Source: the human T2T-CHM13v2.0 reference genome, Homo sapiens
Strand: one strand, 5' to 3'
Assembly (NCBI RefSeq): GCF_009914755.1
Contig: NC_060929.1
DNA: 64,000 nt
In this document: positions 55,521 through 64,000 of the stretch, piece after piece
Position numbering within the stretch: position 1 is the stretch's first letter
How the letters are laid out: the number at the start of each line of letters is the position of its first letter
Notes under the pieces: model-generated
What the model saw: only the letters and a program-made list of their open reading frames with translations
What the model was told of the DNA's origin: nothing
The model's database searches: none
Translations under genes and position numbers: made by a program

Positions 55521-55807
55521 ACACCTACTTTCTTGCAAAAGTGTTGGATGTGATTCTTGGATGGAAATATAAAACATTCTAATTGCATCCTACAGAAATA
55601 AATTGAATATGTCTTGTATATAAGCCATGCACATTGCAGTGATTAGAAAGGGGGAAAGAAATTGGGTGTCACATTAATTGGTATTTACTTTGAAATGCAT
55701 TTTGGTTTCTACTCAGTGATTTGCACTTTGTATGAATTTAATTAGATGCCATGTGCCCCAGGTTGTATTTCAGATGAAAATGGGGGGTGGGGGTGGTTGG
55801 CAATAAA
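55521..55807 (+). repeat. Copy 2 of the ~290-bp dispersed direct duplication
   Basis: Differs from 52396-52687 by about 7 substitutions and a length change in the G-rich end. Confidence 0.97.
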
Positions 55808-55824
55808 GCTGACCTTTACTGACT

Positions 55825-56296
55825 ATATTGGTTTTCTGTTATTATTGCTGTAACAAATTACCACAAGGTAGTAGCTTAAACGATACTAATGTATTATTTT
55901 ATAATCCTGGAGGTCAGATGTCCAAATGGGTCTCAGGGAGCTAAAATCAAGGTGTCAGCAGGGCTCTAAGGAAGAATCTGTTCCTTTGCCTTTTGCGGCT
56001 TCTAGAGACCACCTGCTTTCCTTGGCTCATGGCCTCCCTTTCTCCAGCAGCGTCAGGCCAAATCCTTCCCATGCTGCCATCTTTGTGGTTCTTTGACTTC
56101 TGCTTCCCTCTTGCACTTTTAAGGACCCTTGTGATTACATTGGACCCACCTGGATAATCCAGAATACTTTTCTGTTTTAAAGTCAGTTGATTAGCAACTT
56201 TAATTTCCCTTTATCACATAACCTAATATACTTACAGGTTCCAAGAATTAGAACGGATATCTTTGAGAGGGTAATTATTCGTATTCTACCTGCCAT
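55825..56296 (-). mobile_element. MLT1 (MaLR) solo LTR
   Basis: GCTGTAACAAATTACCACAA...CTGGAGGTCAGATGTCC..AAAATCAAGGTGTCAGCAGGGC...AAGGACCCTTGTGATTACATTGG. Confidence 0.85.
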
Positions 56297-56544
56297 ATTG
56301 ATTTATCACAATTGCCAAAGTGTTTCACACAGTACTTATACAGTAAATCCTCAGTAACTGTTGGCTACCATCATTTACAGTTATCATATCATTTCTATTA
56401 CTTGCTTCTCCTTGCCCACTTCCCCCAACTCCCCAGTAATCCAGCTGCTATTTGCATTCAAATTTAAGGAAATTAGAAGTTTCACTGTTTTGTGTACATT
56501 TCGGAGGGGGAGCAAACCCAGATTTTTGTTGTTGGTATTATTGT

Positions 56545-57150
56545 TTTAGATTCACATGCCATAAAATTCACTTTTGTAAAGTACGTAATTCATTGGTATT
56601 TAGTATATTCAGAATATTCATAAAATTGTGCAGCCATCACCATTATCTAATTCTATAACATTTTCATCACCCCCCTCAAAAACCCTGTACCATTAAGTAA
56701 TTGCTTCTCTTCTCCCCTCCCCCAAACCCTGGAAACCACTAATCTGTTTTCTGTCTGTATGGATTTGTCTATTCTGGACATTAATATAAATGGAATCATA
56801 CAATTTGTGGCCTCTGTATCTGGCCTCTTCCACTTAGCATGTTTTCAAGGCACATTCATGTTTTGGCATGTATTAATACTTTGTTCCTTTTTATGGCTGA
56901 ATAATATTCCGTAGTTTGGATGTGCCATATTTTGTTTAGCCATTCATTAGTTGATGAACATTTGAGTTTTTTCTACCTTTGGTTATTATGAAATAATACA
57001 GCTGTGAGCATTTGCATACAACTTTTTGTGTGGACAAATATTTACAGTTTTCTTGGGTAGATACCTAGGAGTAAAATTGTTGGGTCAACTGGCAACTCTA
57101 ATTTTTTAAGCAACTGCCAAACTGTTTTCCACAGTGACTACACCATATTA
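56545..57150 (-). mobile_element. L1MB-type 3' end
   Basis: TTCACATGCCATAAAATTCAC...AACCACTAATCTG..TTCTGTC..TATGGATTTG..TATTCTGGACATT..TATAAATGGAATCATACA. Confidence 0.85.
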
Positions 57151-58039
57151 ACAATGGTTGTAGCATTTTACATTTCCACCCCTGGAGGTTTTAAATTGTA
57201 CAAAATAATAAATGAAATGTCCTACAAACAAAATATCTGCCAGCCAACATACTAAAACAGTTACTCTTATATTTTAATGTGATGTCTCTGAAGGAAAAAA
57301 AATGTTTAGAACTTACAAAATGAATAACTTTCTGTTTAAACATATTCTCAGAGACACAGCGGAGGTGATTAGCTTTGGGTTTTACCTAAAAGCTAAGGAA
57401 TTTATAATTTTTATCTATACATGACTGAGAACTTACAATGTTATGTTCACATTTACTTTTCCTGATGGCAATGAAAATATTAGTCTATAAATTGGCACTT
57501 TACCTTCAAATCATATTGGTTTCTGTACCTTTGTCTTATTAAGAAAAAAACTAACAGCTTCAATTATTATTCATAAAATAATCATATATACATTTGGAAC
57601 ACTAAATATATGACTACATACTTGAATATGAAGTTGTAAGAAAGTGAGCTCATGTTTTCTCCTTTTGCACCAGAAATAGTAAATGATACCTGTATGGTAA
57701 TACAGATTAGAAAAATCTCTAATAGTAATGTTGTAAAAGTTGTTTGCATGATATAAACAACAATATCCAGTTCTCCAGCTTTGGTGGCACAACATTTCAC
57801 GTTGCAATCACAGGAACAGTGCTGACTAAAAACGTAAACATTTCTATAGTATAATGCACCAATGTCTTATATTTGCCTACTTTAAACCCAAGTGATTGTC
57901 TAGGAATTCCATTTTCCTCACCAGAACCAAGCTGGCTGATCTTCACTCTCTTCTGACTTCATGCAGCTCCAAATTTAGGATTCTGTGACAATAACATTAG
58001 TCCCCATCTCTGATGCCTTCCACCTTATCAGAGACCTGG

Positions 58040-58600
58040 AAAAGCATGAGCTTGGGAGTAAAGCAGACCTGATTGGGAATCCTGGCTCGCTGACATTTAC
58101 CAGCTGGAGGATGTTGGGCAGGCTATCTAATTCCTTTGAGTCTCTCTGCTCACATGTAAAATGAAGAAAATCGTACAACTTCATGAGATTGTTCTGAACA
58201 GTAATGACTTGCAACAGTACTTTGAAAACAGTAAGAGCCACATAAGTGTTTTTTAAGCAAATAAAGTACCAAATCCATTGCCTGCGTAAGCACTCAAGGA
58301 ATAACAGCTGTTATTTAGTCAATCCACAAACATTTCTTGAGTGTCAGACCTTATTCAAGGCACTGGGGATACTCTGTGATGGAAATAGAACAATTTCCTT
58401 CCCAGGGAACTTACGTCCTAATAGGATAAACAACAAATGAATAAATATGTCAATGAATGGCCAGTATAGTAAGTCCCATAAGAAAAGTAAAGCAGGTTAT
58501 GGGGTTGGAAAGTGATGTGGCGGGAGGGGAACTGTGATTACCATTTTAGATAGAGTGGTCAGGGAAGGCCTCTCTGAGGAAGTGACAGTTAAGTAGAATT
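58040..58600. mobile_element. MIR (+) followed by an L2 fragment (-)
   Basis: GGGAATCCTGGCTC...TTGGGCAGGCTATCTAA, then TTTTAGATAGAGTGGTCAGGGAAGGCCTCTCTGAGGAAGTGACA. Confidence 0.65.
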
Positions 58601-59162
58601 GCTGTTCACATTACTGTATTTATAGTATTTGCTCCTTGACTTCTCCCTGCACATTTTGGTGGCTTGTCTCTTGTGCTCCTGCTATCCTTGTTTGCCTTAA
58701 AATTTGAATGGAGAAAGAGACGGAATCAGAAAGTTTTTTTATCTGTCGCTCAGAATATTAAGTTAGGAGTTGAAATGTTAAAAGTCTGAATTTGTCTTTG
58801 TTCTGAACAAGCATCCTTACCTTGGAAAACTTTGTTCCCAAAGGAAGGGCACTGGGCTGGCAATCTTGCAGTTATACTTTTTTTGATCACCGTAATCACC
58901 TCTCTAAGTCCATGTTAGACTCAAGACAACAATAGTGCTAATGGCTGTCATTTATTAAGTACCAGACACTGAGCAGGGGGATGGGGCGAGGGGGTGGTTA
59001 CAGATGTTTTGTCATTTACTTAATTCTCATGGCTAACTTTATGAAGTAAATATTATGTCTCTTAATTACAGGTGAGCACACTAAGGCTTTGATGACTAAA
59101 GTGACTTTATCCAAAACCAGACAGCTAACAGTGGCAGAGCCAGGATTCAAGCATAGATAAAC

Positions 59163-59297
59163 TTTTTTTTCTTTTTTTTAAGAGACGAGATCTCACTATG
59201 TTGCCCAGGTTGGTCTCAAACTCCTGGGCCCAGGGGATCCTCCTACCCCAGCTTCCAAGTAGGTAGGATTATAAGCATTCACCACTGCTCCCAGCTA
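59163..59297 (-). mobile_element. FLAM / Alu monomer, inside a MIR
   Basis: Single Alu arm; TSD AAGC(A/T)TAGATAAACTTT. Confidence 0.85.
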
Positions 59298-60099
59298 AGC
59301 TTAGATAAACTTTGTAATTTCAAAGCATCCATTCTTTCTAGCACCATTACATGCCTGCAGTGGTAGTTACCACTGTTCTCATTAATAATTCCACATTTAG
59401 AAAATACTTTATCTTAGAAGAGTAAGATTACATGGCTTAAGTATAATGAGCATATATTTTATGTATTTAGGATTTGATAATGTATATTTCAATTATTTAT
59501 TGTATTATTCTATGTCAAGTGTTAAGAAAATAAAGATGTTCTAAAATTCACCTTAATTGAGAAATTACTTTTTATCTAAACACAGTATTTCCCTAATAAT
59601 GCCAGGCTCTATTCTGTGCTAATACTATAGTGCTAGTATCACCACTAATATTTATTGAGCATCTTCTGTTTTCCATGTATTATAACATTTAATCTTCACA
59701 GTGACCCTCAATGATAAGTATTTTTATACTTATTTTATAGATGAGGAAACTGAGACTCAGAGTAATTAGTAAAATATCCAAAGGTAAATAATATACGGTA
59801 AAGTCAGACACCTGGACCTGTTTACTGCCGAGCCCTACATAATTCTCCTTCACTGAGAAACTCAAAGATACACAGTCTCAGTGCCATAGAAGCTAATCCG
59901 AAGATACTATCAGCGTAAGCTAGTAGAGCTAGTAATTTACATGTATACTTTATAAATTTTATCTCATTTAGTTCCCGCAGTAACCCTGATCAGATGGTAG
60001 TTGTGGTATAATGTAAGTGGTATTATTGTTGCTATTATTAGATGTATGCTTAAATATCTGCAATTCAAGGCAGACCGGTACAATAGTTAAGAGCCAGGC

Positions 60100-60388
60100 G
60101 GCCGGGCGCTGTGGCTCACATCTGTAATCCCAGCAATTTGGGAGGCCGAGGCGGGCGGATCACGAGGTCAGGAGATCAAGACCATCCTGGCTAACACGGT
60201 GAAACCCCATCTCTACTAAAAATACAAAAAAATTAGCCGGGCGTTGTGGCAGGCGCCTGTAGTCCTAGCAACTCAGGAGGCTGAGGCAGGAGAATGGCGT
60301 GAACCTGAGAGGCAGAGCTTGCAGTGAGCCAAGATCGTGCCACTGCACTCCAGCCTGGATGACAGAGCAAGACTCCGTCTCAAAACAA
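60100..60388 (+). mobile_element. AluY with a very short tail
   Basis: GGCTAACACGG and GAATGGCGTGAACC; TSD AGCCAGGC. Confidence 0.93.
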
Positions 60389-60863
60389 GCCAGGCAAAAT
60401 GCTATGGGAATCCAAAGGGAGAAGGGAGATAACTTGATTGGGATTTAGGAAAGCTTAGCTTAGACATTGGGAAAGATATTATTTCACCTGGGCCTTGAAA
60501 AATAACATCTGTATAGGTCTATGTTATCACCAGTTAACAGAGAAGAGTGTATCTAAGAGGAGTCACTTGGTCACACAGCCAGTTGACAGAGAAGAGATTA
60601 TAATTTGGTCTGCCTTACTCTTTACTCAGGATACTGACCTTCGTTTAGAACGGCACACCAGTAAAGATTTGTTGGCCCTTTGGCATCTGTTTGTAACAAA
60701 GCTAAGTCCCCAATTCTGTTGTACTCCTGAAACAATGTGAAATTGAAGGAAAGAGATAAATCACAGAAGATTAGAGTCAGCCAGATCAGCCACTCCTTAA
60801 GAGTCAAAAGATCTTGATCCTGCCAGGACCTCCGTTACTTTGTCTGAAAAATGACTATAGATG

Positions 60864-61050
60864 CCAGTGTTTTTCGAACATTCACAGGCATCTGAATCAT
60901 CTGGAGGGCCTATTAAAACAAAATTGCTGGGACCCACCCCCAGAGTTTCTGATTCAATAGATATGGGATGGAACCTGGGCATTTACATCTCACAAGTTCA
61001 CAAGTGATGTTGATGCTCCCAGGTCAAGGACCAAACTTTGAGGACCTTCT
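60864..61050. mobile_element. MER5A
   Basis: GAATCATCTGGAGGGCCTATTAAAACAAAATTGCTGGGACCCACCCCCAGAGTTTCTGATTCA. Confidence 0.85.
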
Positions 61051-62012
61051 CTGAGCTCATTTCCTCTCTAATACTCTATTGAAAAACTCTACTGTTAGAA
61101 TAGAAATTAGGAGGTCTGAACCATGTCGTTCCACCTCCAACTAAGTATTCCACCTTAAGCAAGACACTTAACCTTTCTCTGCCTGTTTCTTCAGTAGAGT
61201 GCAGCTCGTAGCTCCCTGTGACTTAGGATGAATGAGTGAATTCAATCTCTCATTTAAAAGAAACCCCTTTTGAAAAAGAATACTATATAAATTATCAATT
61301 GTGCATATCCATATGTGAAGTGAAGATTCTGCTTTGACAGAATCCTTGAGGAAACTGCAGTCTACCTTTAAAGTAAAAAGTTAATAGGAAATGTCTCTTT
61401 TCCCTCTTCTCTATTTAAAAAAAAAGAGAAAAAAAAGGAAGCTTAGTGTAAGAAGTGTACCCATGGAGAATGTATTTAAAATCCAAATGACCCATAAGGG
61501 ACCCCATCCTTTTTGGCAGATAAAAGTTTCCCTGCCATTTATTTGATAAATTAATTAAAAAGAACATAAATAAAAGAGAATAATAACTTAGAGCTATCTG
61601 GGCACCTGAGTCTTTGAGCCCTTTAGGGCCTTGGCACCCAAAGAGAAGGGGGAAAAAAAAAACACTGCGTCTCTGAGGCTTTGAAAGTGGTCTTCCTTGA
61701 GGCATTAGAGAAGCTCTAGGGGCCCTAGGAGCTAAAGGACTGAGATGCCTGGGGCATGAGTCTATTAGATCCACTAAAGAACCAGGAAAAAAAAAATGGC
61801 TGGTAAGTAATTTTGCTATTTCATTTGATGCAAAAGAGAAGGCACAACACCAGAATATTCAGTGAGCAAAAGTACAAAATGTGGCATGGATGTGAATGCA
61901 GGCTGACCCCTTCTCGGGAATATTTCTAAGCCTAAATGAAGCACTCAATGCTGAGGACAATGTACAATTCTATGCATTTTAAACCGTAGTGACCCTTTTG
62001 TTTCTCTGATAG

Positions 62013-62116
62013 GTGAAGATGAGGATGAATTTGAGAATTTCATGCTGCCTCTTACAGTTGCTTTTGAAACAGTATTACAAATATTCAACAACAACTTTAA
62101 ACAAGAAGATGTAAAG
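62013..62116 (+). CDS. RANBP17: RANBP17 coding exon (~exon 19), 104 nt, (G)EDEDEFENFMLPLTVAFETVLQIFNNNFKQEDVK
   Basis: cccttttgtttctctgatag|GTGAAG ... GTAAAG|gtgggt; phase 1 to 0. Confidence 0.96.
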
Positions 62117-63559
62117 GTGGGTTTGTTTCCAAATATGAGGAATGACAGTTTTGTTTTTTCTAGGATATCTAGATCCAGAAAAGGGCTTTGCATATCTGTG
62201 TGTACTCTTTGCCTCCTCAGACCTGCTTTCCCAATTGCATGTCTTTAATTTTTACTTTTATTTAAGCATTTTTCTAGTTTCTTAGACAAATGGACTTTGA
62301 GGTCAGCAAATAGTTTTGGACAGTCAGTTCATGATAAGATGACATAGATTTGTTTCCTCTGGCAGTTACTATCTTTAATAGGATATTTCTTGTGGGTACA
62401 CCACTTTAAACACCCCTATTCCCTCATCTATCCTGCACTGTTATGTTACAACAGATCTATATGGAGGAATGCACAAACATACACATACTAAAACACTACA
62501 TCTCTAAATATTTTTTTAAACAAGAATTTATATAAATCAAGACTTTATTAAATGGCTAGGCATATATGTATAAATAGGAACTGGTCTTGAAGTATTGCAT
62601 TCTTAAACGGAACAAAGTGATTAGGATAACTGATAGCTAAATAAGGTTTTTATGTGCCTGTGGGAGCCATATTAGGATTGATTTGACAAGTCAGTTCAGC
62701 TGTGGCAACAGTCATAATATCTAAGACAACATTATGTTTTATTAGTAAAATCCTTAAGTGTAGCAAGCTGTCTGTGACAAAACAGCCCCGTATTTTAAGG
62801 AGGGGGATGGGAAGCACAAGCACTGCTAAATAGAAATAGTATCTTCTGAAATTATAATGTATCAGGGAAATATTAAATAAATTGACACTGATTATTATTT
62901 TTAACAGACTAATAAATGCACTCCAGAGAATGTAGACACCTTTGTTGGTGATAATTGAGTCATATATTTCATAGTTATTTGAAGTATGTTGGAAATATTA
63001 ACCATCTTTTGCATAGTGTCTCTTCACCAAAAAAAAGAAAACAAAAACAAAAAAACTAACAGTAAGAAGCCAAATAGAAAAATGACACCCTTTGATAATT
63101 ATCTTTATGTAATTCTTCTACCAAAAAATAATCAGCCAAATGCTATACCTCTTAATTTAAAAGAATTTTTGAAATTAATGTTTATCAGCATGCTATAGTT
63201 ATAGAATTTTAAAACCAAAAGAAGGATCTTACAGATTCTGTTTGTGTTTATAGTCTTCCTGAAATTCTTCACCAGAGTTTCCACTCAGGTTAGCTGTATC
63301 TTTTAGATGTCTTCCAAATATTTTCAGTGACCAACAAAATCTTTGCAGCTTTTAGGTTGCTATTTCTGCCCTTTATCAAAAAGGAGCAGTGAAGTTGAAA
63401 AACATCATCTTTATGAAAATTACATCTGTCTCATCTGAAGATTTCATTATATTCCAAGACCATTTTGTTGTAATCCCATCTAGTTTGATAGAAACCATCT
63501 TCCTAGAGTCATTTTTAATGGAGTTCCAGTGATATATCCCTAAACCAGCAAGTTCTTAA

Positions 63560-64000
63560 CGACCCTGGAAAGTGACTGCTTGATTACACTTTAACGGTAT
63601 TTGCAAATAAAATCACAAGTAATTAAGGGGAAATCTCCAGGCTTTTGAGCAAGTTTGATGCATGATAACTGCCTGATTCAGCTTCATCTAGAGTAATGCT
63701 GTGTAGGCAACAGCTACTGAGATCAATAGCAACGTAATGATAGTGGCAGAATTAAGTGAGTAACCTGAGAACTGTGCCTCAGAATGCATGCAGCTGCCAC
63801 GAACCAAGGCCACACAGTGCACTCCGTGCTTCCGTCCTAAATGTTCATCAAAAGACGCCCTGCAGGAAAATGGAGTTAGATGCTCTTTATTGCTGATCGT
63901 GTCTCTTGCCACATTTATCAGGGAAATTGGATTAGCAGTTGGCAGCTGCAGGTAGACAAGATTCTGCAGTGATTAAATATGCAGCTTGGCTGCATTTGTT
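63560..64000. promoter_or_regulatory. Candidate conserved developmental enhancer, running off the window end
   Basis: Repeat-free with retained CpGs, CAGCTG E-boxes (63791, 63943), ATTTGCAAAT (63599) and TAATTA (63620). Confidence 0.5.

Noticed and set aside
62042-62248. 68-aa ORF MLPLTVAFETV...
   Set aside because: Only 62042-62116 is real coding sequence (the RANBP17 exon); the rest is intron read-through past the GTGGGT donor.

Overview
Primate DNA, almost certainly human (it carries a young SVA and an AluYa5-like element). The window is the middle of the + strand gene RANBP17, an importin-beta-family paralogue of XPO7/exportin-7. Five internal coding exons splice in frame: 32471-32544, 33547-33627, 45510-45573, 45665-45773 and 62013-62116 (probably exons 15-19; numbering is from memory). 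The first 32.5 kb is the 3' part of a very long intron. The intron 33628-45509 is a minor-spliceosome (U12) AT-AC intron. The rest is intronic: Alu, L1, L2, MIR, MER, Tigger1, MLT1, one SVA and several repeat-free enhancer-like blocks. The most notable observations are: (1) overlapping splice signals at the U12 acceptor, including a U2-type AG 28 nt inside the exon that could give an in-frame U12 bypass or an open-frame circle, and a second copy of the U12 donor 2 nt into the exon; (2) a recursive-splice-like YAG|GTAAG site next to a candidate poison exon; (3) two neighbouring L1PA copies that share variants absent from the consensus as I recall it; (4) a ~290-bp duplication of non-transposon sequence. 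There are no prokaryotic systems, CRISPR arrays or recognisable RNA genes. Repeat subfamily names come from visual recall of consensus sequences, and boundaries of old repeats are approximate.
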